From: Scyliorhinus canicula
Taxonomy: Eukaryota
Direction of reading: 5' to 3'
Length of the DNA stretch: 64,000 bases
NCBI RefSeq assembly: GCF_902713615.1
Contig: NC_052146.1
Span: 23,550,234-23,614,233 of the forward strand
The position numbers and the translations under genes are program-made. Numbering within the stretch: the stretch's first letter is position 1; each line of letters opens with the position of its first letter. The notes under the pieces were generated by a model. It searched no databases. It was not told the DNA's origin and saw only the letters and a program-made list of their open reading frames with translations. Shown piece after piece: positions 40,214 to 52,525 of the stretch.

Positions 40214-41154
40214 GTGGGAATGGAGGCGAGGGCAGTTGAATGTTCCTCCTGCAGAATGTGGGAGGAAAGGGTCACCTCTAGTGCCCCTGCTGACTACATC
40301 TGCGGGAAGTGCACCCAACTCCAGCTCCTCGAGAACCGCGTTAGGGACCTGGAGCTGGAGGTGGATGAACTTCGGATCATTCGGGAGGCGGAGGAGGTTA
40401 TTGAGAGGAGTTATAGGGAGGTAGTCACACCTCAGGTAAAAAAAGAAGGTAGATGGGTTACCGTCAGGGGAGGGAGAGGGAACCGGCAGGCAGTGCAGGG
40501 ATCCCCTGTGGTCGTTCCCCTCTATAACAAGTATACCGTTTTGGATACGGTTGCGGGGGACGACTTACCAGGGGTAAGCAATAGGGCACAGGTCTCTGGC
40601 ACAGAGTCTGTCCCTGTTGCTCAGAAGGGAAGGGAGAAGAGGAACAGAGCACTTGTCATTGGGGACTCCATAGTTAGAGGAACAGACAGGAGGTTCTGTG
40701 GGAACGAAAGAGACTCACGGTTGGTGTGTTGCCTCCCAGGTGCCAGGGTTCATGATGTCTCTGATCGTGTTTTTGAGATCCTTAAGAGGGAGGGTAGCAG
40801 CCCCAAGTTGTGGTCCACATAGGTACCAACAACATAGGTAGGAAGAGAGATGGGGATTTGAGACAGAAATTCAGGGAGCTAGGGTGGAAGCTGAGAGCTA
40901 GAACAAACAGAGTTGTTATCTCTGGGTTATTACCCGTGCCACGTGCTAGCGAAGTGAGAAATAAGGAGAGAGAGGAGTTGAACACGTGGCTACAGGGATG
41001 GTGCAGGAGGGAGGGTTTTGGTTTCCTGGATAATTGGGGCTCATTCTGGGGTAGATGGGACCTCTACAAACAGGATGGTCTTCACCTGAACCAGAGGGGT
41101 ACCAATATCCTGGGGGGGAGATTTGCTAGTGCTCTTCGGGGGGGTTTAAACTAA
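40214..41154 (+). pseudogene. CR1 ORF1: Cys-rich finger, coiled coil and SGNH esterase; one frameshift near 40800
   Basis: CSSC..CGKC; LENRVRDLELEVDEL; VIGDSIVRG, VHIGTNNIG, DGLHLN. Confidence 0.9.
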
Positions 41155-41270
41155 TTCAGCAGGGGGATGGGAACCTAAATTGTAGTCCCAGTGTACAGGA
41201 TGTTGAGAGTAGTGAGGTCAGGGATAGGGTTAAAAGTTCGAAAGAGGGCACCGGCAAGCAAGACGCTGGT

Positions 41271-44038
41271 TTGAAGTGTGTCTACTTCAACGCCAGGAGC
41301 ATCCGGAATAAGGTGGGTGAGCTTGCAGCATGGGTTGGTACCTGGGATCTCGATGTTGTGGCGATTTCGGAGACTTGGGTAGAGCAGGGACAGGAATGGT
41401 TGTTGCAGGTTCCAGGATTTAGATGTTTCTGTAAGAACAGAGAAGATTGTAAAAGAGGGGGGGGGGGGTGTCATTGTTAATCAAGGAAAGTATTACGGCG
41501 TTAGAAAGGACGTTTGAGGATTCGTCCACTGAGGTAGTATGGGCCGAGGTGTGGAACAGGAGAGGAGACGTCACCCTGTTGGGAGTTGTCTATAGACCTC
41601 CGAATAGTTCCAGAGATGTAGAGGAAAGGATTGCAAACATGATTCTCGACAGGAGCGAGAGCAACAGGGTAGTTGTTATGGGGGACTTTAACTTTCCAAA
41701 TATTGACTGGAAATACTATAGTTCGAGTACTATAGATGGGTCAGTTTTTGTACAGTGTGCGCAGGAGGGTTTTCTGACACAGTATGTAGACAGGCCAACA
41801 AGGGGCGAGGCCGCATTGGATTTGGTACTGGGTAATGAACCTGGCCAGGTGTTAGATTTAGATGTAGGTGAGCACTTTGGTGATAGTGATCACAACTCGG
41901 TTATGTTTACTTTAGCAATGGGCAGGGATAGGTATATACCGCAAGGCAAGAATTATAGCTGGGGGAAAGGCAATTATGATGCTATTCGGCAAGATTTAGG
42001 ATGTATAGGATGGGGAAGGAAACTGCAGGGGATGGGTACAATCGAAATGTGGAGCTTTTTCAAGGAACAGCTACTGCATGTCCTTGATAAGTATGTACCT
42101 GTCAGGCAGAGAGGAAGTTGTTGAGCAAGGGAACCGTGGTTTACTAAGGAAGTTGAAGCACTTGTCAAGAGGAAGAAGAAGGCTTATGTTAGGATGAGAC
42201 ATGAAGGCTCAGTTAGGGCACTCGAGAGTTACAAGTTAGCCAGGAAGGACCTAAAGGGAGAGTTAAGAAGAGCGAGGAGAGGACACAAATAGTCGTTGGC
42301 GGATAGGATCAAGGAAAACCCTAAGGCTTTCTATAGGTATATCAAGAACAAAAGAATGACTAGAGTAAGTTTAGGGCCAATCAAGGATAGTAGTGGAAAG
42401 TTGTGTGTGGAATCAGAGGAGATAGGGGAAGCGTTAAATGGATATTTTTCGTCAGTGTTTACACTGGAGAAAGACAATGTTGTCGAGGAGAATACTCAGG
42501 TTCAGTCGACCAGGCTAGATGGAATTGGGGTTCAAAAGGAGGAGGTGTTAGCAATTTTGGAAAATGTAAAAATAGATAAGTCCCCTGGGCCAGATGGGAT
42601 TTATCCTAGGATTCTCTGGGAAGCCAGGGAGGCGATTGCAGAGCCTTTGTCCTTGATCTTTGTGTCGTCTTTGTCGACAGGAATAGTGCCGGAAGACTGG
42701 AGGATAGCAAATGTTGTCCCCTTGTTCAAGAAGGGGAGTAGAGACAACCCTGGTAATTATAGACCTGTGAGCCTTACTTCGGTTGTGGGTAAAATGTTGG
42801 AAAAGGTTATAAAAGATAGGGTTTATAATCATCTTGAAAAGAACAAGTTGATTAGTGATAATCAACACGGTTTTGTGAAGGGTAGGTCATGCCTCACAAA
42901 CCTTATTGAGTTTTTTGAGAAGGTGACCAAACAGGTGGATGAGGGTAAAGCGGTTGATGTGGTGTATATGGATTTCAGTCAGGCGTTTGATAAGGTTCCC
43001 CACGGTAGGCTATTGCAGAAAATAAGGAAGTATGGAATTGAAGGTGATTTAGCGGTTTGGATCAGTAATTGGCTAGCTGAAAGAAGACAGAGGGTGGTGG
43101 TTGATGGCAAATGTTCATCCTGGAGTTCAGTTACTAGTGGTGTACCGCAAGGATCTGTTTTGGGGCCACTGCTGTTTGTCATTTTTATAAATGACCTGGA
43201 AGAGGGTGTAGAAGGATGGGTTAGTAAATTTGCAGATGACACGAAGGTCGGTGGAGTTGTGGATAGTGCTGAAGGATGTTATAGGATACAGAGGGACATA
43301 GATAAGCTGCAGAGCTGGGCTGAGAGGTGGCAGATGGAGTTTAATGCGGAAAAGTGTGAGGTGGTTCACTTTGGAAGGAGTAACAGGAATGCAGAGTACT
43401 GGGCTAATGGCAAGATTCTTGGTAGTGTAGATGAACAGAGAGATCTCTGCATCCAGGTACATAAATCCCTGAAAGTTGCCACCCAGGTTAATAGGGCTGT
43501 TAAGAAGGCATATGGTGTGCTAGCCTTTATCAGCAGGGGGATTGAGTTTCGGAGCCACAAGATCATGCTGCAGCTGTATATAACTCTGGTGCGGCCGCAC
43601 CTGGAGTACTGCGTGCAGTTCTGGTCACCACATTATAGGAAGGATGTGGAAGCTTTGGAAAAGGTTCAGAGGAGATTTACTAGGATGTTGCCTGGTATGG
43701 AGGGAAGGTCTTACGAGGAAAGGCTCAGGGACTTGAAGTTGTTTTCGTTAGAGAGGAGAAGGCTGAGAGGTGACTTAATAGAGACATATAAGATAATCAG
43801 AGGGTTAGATAGGGTGGACAGTGAGAGTCTTTTTCCTCGGATGGTGATGACCAACACGAGGGGACATAGCTTTAAATTGAGGGGTGGTAGATATAGGACA
43901 GATGTCAGAGGCAGTTTCTTTACTCGGAGAGTAGTAGGGGTGTGGAACGCCCTGCCTGCAACAGTAGTAGACTCGCCAACTTTAAGGGCATTTAAGTGGT
44001 CACTGGATAGACATATGGATGAAAATGGAATAGTGTAG
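41271..44038 (+). pseudogene. CR1 ORF2 endonuclease + RT; frameshift at G-run ~41460, stops at ~42122 and ~42288, then an open 580-aa RT frame
   Basis: YFNARSIRNK, AISETW, VYRPP, GDFNFP, SDH; KSPGPDG, YRPVSLTS, QHGF, GVPQGSVLGPLLF, FADDT. Confidence 0.93.
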
Positions 44039-45230
44039 GTCAGATAGGCTTCAGATGGTTTCACAGGTCGGCGCAACATCGAGGGCCGAAGGGCCCGTAC
44101 TGCGCTGTTATGTTCTATGTTCTAAAGTTCCTGGCCCGTGTACTTGACCCACAAAACCCGCTGGGTATGACATGCCAAACTTCACCCCCTTCTTAAAGTG
44201 GGCCGATTTTTGCCTTATTGAAGCTCGTCCTTTTGGCCAGCTCTGCACCCAGGTCTTGGTAGACAAGAAGCTCTCTGCCTTCCCATGTGCAGCGCCTTGT
44301 CTGCCTGACCCACCTCAAAATCTGTTTCTTATCCAGGAACCAGTATCTCCGTCGTCCTCGGCGGCTCGTTTCTCTTCTGCTTCCTCATTAGTGCACCATG
44401 CCCACTTCCAAGGGCCGAGCAAACGCTCCTTCACCCAGCAACTTCTAAAACATTCATGCCACATATGCACCGGCGTCCACTCCCTCACTGCCCTTGGGAA
44501 GGCCCATGATCCTTCGATTCTGCCTACGTGATCTATATTCTAGATCCTCCACTTTGTTCTGCAGTCTCTTCTGATGGTCTCATCAGCCCCATGCAAGCTG
44601 TTCATCATGCTCACCCACCACCTCCTCTACCTTCTGGATCGCCTGGCCCTGGGTTTCTCACCTTAGTTCCATGCAGTCGATCCCCACCACCCTGGCCAAG
44701 TCCTCCGGATACACCTTCCTCTGCTGAGCAAATTTCTCATGCAGAAACGCCACAAGTTGATCCTTCGACCACTGGGCCGGCAGACTCCAACCCTGACCCT
44801 CCACCATCTTTCCCTGTGTCGCAGGCTCCAACCCTGATTTCGACGAACGCTCTCTTTTTAGACCACTTCTGGTCCACGAGTCTATAAACCGGTGGGATAC
44901 TCTCTTTCACCTGACCAGCACCTTGTACTGTCACTCAGTTCCACCGTAAATTGGAGGAAAAGGTCCAAAAAGTCCACCATGAGCGGGAGCCACCAAATGT
45001 GTGACCACTCACACCATGGTTGCCACAGGAAGTCCCTAAGCTCCAGATTTTACTTGCTCTAGGTTTTACCTTGGTGAAGAAGGCTAGCCAGGCTACGATC
45101 ACACTTTATGGATGTCTTCTCTGGGCTTTGAAACCCAAGGTTCCTTCTTCTTGCGATGGTTGTCCCTGAGGGACTCCTAGGTTATTGCTGAAGATCTGTT
45201 CCAAATGTTTCTTCCTTTATCCTAGAATAA

Positions 45231-45822
45231 ATAAAGAACAAAGAAAATTACAGCACAGGAACAGGCCCTTCGGCCCTCCCAGCCTGCGCCGATCCAGATC
45301 CTTTATCTAAACCTGTTGCCTATTTTCCAAGGTCTACTTCTCTCTGTTCCCCACCCATTCATATATCTGTCCAGATGCATCTTAAATGATGCTATCGTAC
45401 CCGCCTCTACCACCTCCGCTGGCAAAGCATTCCAGGCACCCACCACCCTCTGCGTAAAAAACTTTCCACGCACATCTCCCTTAAACTTTTCCCCTCTCAC
45501 CTTGAAATCGTGACCCCTTGTAATTGACATCCCCACTCTTGGAAAAAACTTGTTGCTATCCACCCTGTCCATACCTCTCATAATTTTGTAGACCTCAATC
45601 AGGTCTCCCCTCAACCTCCGTCTTTCCAATGAAAACAATCCTAATCTACTCAACCTTTCTTCATGGCTAACACCCTCCATACCAGGCAACATCCTGGTGA
45701 ACCTCCTCTGCACCCTCTCTAAAGCATCCACATCCTTCTGGTAATGTGGCGACCAGAACTGCATGCAGTATTCCAAATGTGGCCTAACCAAAGTCCGATA
45801 CAACTGTAACATGACCTGCCGA
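45231..45822 (-). mobile_element. 5'-truncated CR1 3' fragment
   Basis: ORF 45303-45812 MLQLYRTLVRPHLEYC..LFSLERRRLRGDLIE; CR1 tail at 45231-45300. Confidence 0.9.
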
Positions 45823-46922
45823 CTAGTATGCTAAAATTGAGTTATAGGTCTACGCCCACAAATGGCCATTGTTGCATCCAGACCCCAACTCATTAATGAG
45901 AAAAACAGGATACTCCTGTTTATCCAGGGTGATTCAATCAACGCCCTTTGTCCTCTGAAACACCCTCATCTGACCAGCCATCAGCTTGTTATACAGTCAG
46001 AGAGGTTTGCAGCATGGAAACAGGCCCTTCAGCCCAACTTGTCCATGCCATCCAGTTTTTACCACTAAACTAGTCCCAATTGCCCGCATTTGGCCCATAT
46101 CCCTCTATACCCATCTTACCCATGTAACTAAATGCTTTTTAAAAGACAAAATTGTACCCGCTGTAATTATATGTATTGTGCCTGTGTAGTAAAGGGTTAA
46201 CATCTGAAACTGTGTGCAAATCAAACACTAGATGGCGTTACTAATTTATTGTATATAAGACAACATCTCAAGGAATTCTGAGAGAAGCTGAAGAGAACAT
46301 GATGAGAAGCTGAGGAGAACAGAGTGAGAATTGATTGTAGAGATATAGTACAAAGTCAAGTCATTGTGTTGTTTATTAGTTAGATAGAATGTTGATTACT
46401 GTACTACAGATTTAGTATTATTAGTTTAGTAGCTGTTACACTACATATCTGACTATCTTGGAGGAAAAGGCAAGGAATATGACATGGTACCAGGATATTG
46501 CTGAAGTTATCCAGGTTAGACAAAAACTAGCATGCGACTCAGACTTCGAAAACACAACTCAGACTTCGAAGAACAGACTGCTTACAGACCTGCCACTTTT
46601 AAATGCAGAAGAATCCCAAACTCGTGGAGAAAGTGCAATCTCTACGATAGCTCAGGATATCTGGTAAAATAGATGTAAACTGGAAAGTTTTTAAACAGCA
46701 GTTTCAGTTATATCTGTCTGCATTTGTTTTAGACAGTGCAAGTGATAATCGGAAACCAGCATTATTCTTAACGATGGCTGGTCCACAAGCCATAGAACTG
46801 TATAACTCCTTTCAATTCTCAACGGGCGAAGATAAAACTAAATATAATGTTGTCATTGAGAAATTTGATCTGCACTGCAAGACTCAACTAACTGAAAGAT
46901 TTATCTTTAAGAAAAGGATGCA

Positions 46923-47145
46923 GGACGACATGTGGCGCAGTGGTTAGCACTGGGATTGCGTTTCTGGGGACCCGGGTTCGAATCCCGGCCCTGGGTCACT
47001 GACGTGTGAAGTTTGCACATTCTCCCCATGTCTGCGTGGGTTTCACCCCCACAACCCAAAGATGTGCAGATTAGATGGATTGGTCATACTAAATTGCCCC
47101 TTAATTGGAAAACAATATTGGGTACTCTAAATTTATATAAAAAAA
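46923..47145 (+). mobile_element. A-tailed SINE in Gypsy-2 gag
   Basis: 14-bp TSD AAGAAAAGGATGCA at 46909-46922 and 47146-47159. Confidence 0.9.
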
Positions 47146-48558
47146 AAGAAAAGGATGCAAAAAGATGGGGAATCTATTGATTGCGTCATAACAGATTTGA
47201 AACTCAAAGCTAAAACATGTAATTTCTCCATACTATCTGACTCTATGATCAGAGACCAAATTGTCTTTGGAATCATAGATGAAAAGCTCAGGGAACGTTT
47301 GCTAAGACAAAAAGATCTAAAGCTAGAAAATGCAATTGAAATGTGTTGAGTAAATGAATTGTCTAAAAGTCAGTACTCTGAGTTTCTGAAAAATGAAAAG
47401 GGCTCGAAACCGAGCCTCGAGACCGACTGCATTGGAGCTGTGGCACAGTACAGGAAAATGTGTGTTTAGGACAGCAGTCATATTGTGCATGTGCATTCCT
47501 GACCTGAGATGGAAGAAGACCGTTCTGCGCATGTGTGAAGACACTTTGCTTGTGACGAAATAAATGTCATGATGTGGGGACGCTGTGGACACATCCACCC
47601 ACATTAAAAATGCTCTGCATTTGGAAACACTTGCTCAAAATGTTTCAAACTCAACCACTTTGCTGTGTAATGCAGAACTTCCACTTAAAGCAACACAATT
47701 TAAATCTGCAAATCTACCAAAGACACACATGAACATAAGAAGTGTAGACACAACTGAAGAAACTGTTAAATGTGATAACACTACTTGATGCTTATTGCTT
47801 AGAAGATTCCTTCTTTGTAATAATAATTGAAAAATTTGACTACTATAGATGTTACTTTCAAATAGTACAATCTATTAACATTGAATCCGAATGGAACACA
47901 CCGCTTAAAGTAAATGGTTCCGAAAATCATTTTCAAGCTGGACATAGGAGCTTCCGCGAACTTGATAAACACACATGACCTTTCACAACTTTGTCAACCT
48001 ACTAAAATACAGAAAACAGATAGTCTATTGTGCGATTATAATGGCAATGCAATCACCTCATTGGGATCTTGTTGTGACAAATCATGACACCGTCACTTCC
48101 TTACAGTTTGAGATTGTTGATTCCAATCAATCTTCGCTATTAGGTGCACAAACCTGTCAGGATCTTCACCTAGTTCAAAGAATTTATAGCACAAGTACAC
48201 CTCTTCCACCTGTTCAGGAATATATTCAAGGAATTCTTGATCGCTTTCCTCACTTCTTTGAAGGTATGGGTACTCTTCCATTTCAATATAAAATACAATT
48301 GAAACCAAATGCCAAACCAGTGGTATACCCTCCTAGAAGAGTTCCTGTTCCGCTTCATGAAAGATTAAAGCAAGACCTTGCATGCATGCAGAAACTTGGC
48401 ATCATCTCCAAGATTACAGCACCGACTGATTGGGTCAGTTCAGTGGTGTGCGTCAAGATATCATCTGGAGAATTAAGAATTTGCATAGATCCAAAAGATC
48501 TAACTAAGAATATAAAGCATGAACATTATCCAATACCCAAGTCTGAAGAGATTACCAT

Positions 48559-48695
48559 AAGACATAGGAGCAGAATTAGGCCACTCGGCCCATCGAGTCT
48601 GCCCCGCCATTCAATCATGGCTGATATTTTCTCATCCCCATTTTCCTGCCTTCTCCCCATAACCCCTGATCCTCTTATTAATCAAGAACCTATCT
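48559..48695 (-). mobile_element. CR1 3'-tail fragment inserted in Gypsy-2 RT
   Basis: CATAAGACATAGGAGCAGAATTAGGCCACTCGGCCCATCGAGTCTG interrupts the RT between KSEEIT and NIFSKLDA. Confidence 0.7.
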
Positions 48696-51002
48696 GTCAG
48701 CGAAACGGTGAATGCAAACATTTTCTCTAAACTGGACGCCTTCAGAGGATTTTGGCAAATGCAGTTGATTCTGGCAAATGCAGTTAGATGACACGAGCAA
48801 GAAATTGTGCATGTTCAACACACCGTTTGGTTGATACGGTTTCAACAAATTACCATTTGGTATTATTTCAGCATCAGATATTTCATCAAGCAATGGAACA
48901 AACAAGTGACTAAAGGCATCGATGGAGTACGAGTTTACGTGGATGATATCATCGTCTGGTCATCTGCACGTCAAGAGCATAATGCAAGGCTAGTGCAAGT
49001 CTTCCAAAGGATACACAAATTTGGTTTAAAACTAAACTGAGCCAAATGCAATTTTGGTGTATCAACTTCAAAGTTCCTAGGTGTTCAAATCTCAGAACAT
49101 GGTGTGCAACTTGACGAAGACAAGATTGCTGCCATACAGAAGATGACAGTCTCAGAGGACAAGAAAGCAGTGTTCAGATTCCTAGGCGTTGTAAATTTTC
49201 TTGGAAAGTTCATTCCAAACCTCTCCCAACTTTGCGTCATCTCATCAAGAAATCTACGACATTTTCATGGACTGATGAGCACCACACACAATAGATGGAT
49301 CTAAAGTCAACATTCACTACTGCACCTGTTCTTTCCTTCTTTGACCCTGACAGAGAAACAAAAATCTCAACGGATGCAAGTCAATTGGAGCAGTTCTTTT
49401 ACAAAGAGATGATGATTCTTGTGGACACGCATTGCTTATGCATCGCGATTGATGACACCTACTGAACAACGGTATGCCCAGATAGAAAAAGAATGTTTAG
49501 GCTTACTTACTGGAATTCTCAAGTTTCTCGACTATGTCTATGGCCTACCAACATTCACGGTCGAAAATGATCACTGACCACTAGTTCACATAATTCACAA
49601 AGATTTGAATGACATGGCTCCTAGACTACAGTGTATTCTCATGAAGTTAAGACAATATGATTTTCAATTTGCCTATGCTTCAGGCAAAGATTTGATAATT
49701 GCTGATATATTATCTCATTCTATCAACTCAGAAGAACGACCACCAGAGTTCATTCAGCACATTGAAGCTCAAGTGCAGCTTCGAGCTGAAACCCTACCTG
49801 CATCAGATGACTCAAACTCATCAGAGATCAGACCAACAAAGATGAAATGTTGCAACGTGTCATTAACCATTGAACAATGGTTGGCCAAAAGGACACTGTT
49901 ACAAATACAGAAACAGTCAATCTGAACTCACAGTTGTTGATGGTATTTTACTATGTCTCGATCGCATAGTGATTCCTATGACACTTCGACCCATGATACT
50001 ACAAAAAAATACATGAACGTCATCTAGGCTTAGAGAAATGCTAAAGAAGAGCGAAACAGGCAGTATATTGGCCAGGTATCAACAAGGACATCACAAACCT
50101 GATTCTTGAATGTGAAACATGTCAACACAACCAATCAACTCAATCCAAAGAAACACTTGCACCACATGATCTTGAAAAGACTCGATGGTAAAAGTTGGAA
50201 TCGACTTATTTCACTTTTATGGTCATGATTATATTCTAATCATTGATTAGTTCTCAAACTATCCTGAAATCACCAAAGTGTCTGACTTAACTGCTAAATC
50301 CATGATCAAGGCTTTGCAAGAAAGTTTTGCTCGACATGGGATCCCATGCAAAGTCATGACAGATAATGGACCTTGTTTTGATAGTTATGAATGGACAGAA
50401 TTTGCTAAAGCATATAATTTTGCTCACATAACAAGTCCTCTGTATCCACAATCGAATGGAAAAGTTGAAAAAGGGGTTCACATCTTGAAACAACTTTTCA
50501 AAAAATCTCTTGATTCTGATTCTCACTTTACTAAATTACAGAACTACTCCTCTTGCAACTGGTTTACCTCCTGTTCAACTATTGATGAACAGAACATTAC
50601 GCACAATTCTTCCATGCATTAGACTTCCTGATCCAGATCTTCAGCCAGTCAGCAACATCAACAAAGCATTCAGTAGAAATACTACAATCAACATGCGACG
50701 CCACTGGTACCACTGAATCCAGATGATCAAGTGAGGATTTTTATTCCCACTAGAGGATGGTCTGCTATTGCTAAGGTAATTTGTCAAGCAGCACCTTGTT
50801 CATACATCATTCAAACGAATGACGGTTCGATTCTCAGAAGAAATCGAAAATCACTTCTGAAAATTCAATCTCCAGCATGTTATTTCCTAATCTCCAAATG
50901 AATGAAAGTTTATTTCATACTTCATTAACATCTTCCAAGATACCAGAAGACGTTCAAGACTTCTGACACTCCACCTAGTGCATTGAGAAGATCATCCAGA
51001 AT

Positions 51003-51330
51003 AGGGCAGCACGGTAGCATTGTGGATAGCACAATGGCTTCACAGCTCCAGGGTCCCAGGTTCGATTCCGGCTTGGGTCACTGTCTGTGCGGAGTCTGCA
51101 CATCCTCCCCGTGTGTGCGTGGGTTTCCTCCCACTGTCCAAAGATGTGCAGGTTAAGTGGATTGACCATGATAAATTGCCCTTAGTGTCCAAAATTCCCC
51201 TTAGTGTTGGGCGGGGTTACTGGGTTATTGGGATAGGGGGAGGTGTTGACCTTGCGTAGTGTGCTCTTTCCAAGAGCCGGTTCAGACTCGATGGGCCGAA
51301 TGGCCTCCTGCACTGTAAATTCTATGATAA
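51003..51330 (+). mobile_element. HE1-like SINE in the Gypsy-2 3' region
   Basis: Full head, core and tail. Confidence 0.9.
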
Positions 51331-51797
51331 GAAGAAAACCGAACAGACTTAACTTGTGAAGAATCACAAATGAACTGTTTGATTAATTTTTTTTCTTACT
51401 CACTTGTTAATTTAATATACATATCATGTATTCTGTGACAATGTTATACATTTTTTTTCTTTTAGTCATGTAGAAAATAAATGTCTAAAACAAAAAAGGG
51501 GGGGAATGTAATGATATGTATACTGCCAGTGTAGTAAAGGGTTAACATCTGTAACTATGTGTCAATCAAACACTAGAAGGCATTACTAATTCATTGTATA
51601 TAAGATACCATCTCAAGGAATTCTGAGAGAAGCTGAAGAGAACATGGTGAGAAGCTGAGGAGAACGGAGTGAGAATTGATTGTAGAAGTACAGCACAAGG
51701 TCAAGTCATAGTGTAGAATAGATAGAATATTGATTACTGTACTACAGATTCAGTATTATTAGTTTAGTATCTGTTACTCAGTAAAGTGCGAACCTAG

Positions 51798-52522
51798 GGG
51801 CGAAATTCTCCCCCCCCCCCACGACGGCTGGGAGAATAGGGGGAGGGCCTTCCCGACTTTTTTGGCGCCCTCCCGCTATTCTCCCCCCCCCCCCGCCGAA
51901 ATCCCGACACGAATCGCTGCCGCCGTTTTTTTACGGCCGGCAGCGATTCACAGCTGTTAGAAGGGCCGAAGTCCCAGCCCTTTACGACCTTTTTACGAAC
52001 GGCAAACACACCTGGTCCTGCCGTTCGTAAAAACGTCGTGACCACCTGGAAAAAAATAACCATGGCACCGATTGGCACGGCAGTACCACGGCCGTGCCAA
52101 GGGTGCCATGGGCCCACGATCGGTGCCCACCGATCGCGGGCAGCGGGCCCGATGCCCGCGCACTATTTGTCCTTCCGCCGCCCCGCAGTATCAATACGCG
52201 GGGCGGCTGAGGGGCAACCCGGACCGCGCATGCGCGGGTTTCGCGCAAAAACGCGATGACGTCACCCGCGCATGCGCGGGTGGAGTCTTCCCGCCTGCGC
52301 ATGCGCGGCTGACGTCATATGACGCGTCAGCCGGCGCTAAGTCCGACAAGCGGGCTTAACGATTTTCGTTAAGCCCGACTTGTCGGAGCCTCCGACGTCG
52401 GGCTGCTAGCCCCGACGGGGGACCAGAATCGGTCCCCCGTCGGGAAGGGGCGCGATGCCGTAAAACCCGCCCGGGTTTTACGGCAGTTTGACAATTTCTC
52501 CCATTTTGGGAGAATTTCGCCC
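51798..52522. mobile_element. Non-autonomous DNA transposon (MITE), PIF/Harbinger-type, CpG-rich
   Basis: Perfect 15-bp TIR GGGCGAAATTCTCCC / GGGAGAATTTCGCCC; 3-bp TSD TAG at 51795-51797 and 52523-52525; no coding capacity. Confidence 0.88.
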
Positions 52523-52525
52523 TAG

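Larger units (their letters stand above)
39958..44122 (+). mobile_element. Near full-length CR1 (HER1-like) LINE
   Basis: 5' UTR, ORF1 ~40214-41154, ORF2 ~41271-44038, tail (TGTTCTA)n; candidate TSD TAAAGT at 39952-39957 and 44123-44128. Confidence 0.95.
36110..45036 (-). mobile_element. L1/Tx1-like LINE with both ends present but internally deleted, split in ORF1 by a CR1 insertion
   Basis: T-run at 36110; ORF2 motifs (GTRQGCPLSP, LLYADDLL, YRPISLLNVD, VNIYAPN); ORF1 C-terminus on both sides of the CR1; 5' motif at 44993-45036; degenerate TSD AGCTCTAGGTTTT (36101-36113) and AGCTCCAGATTTT (45039-45051). Confidence 0.85.
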
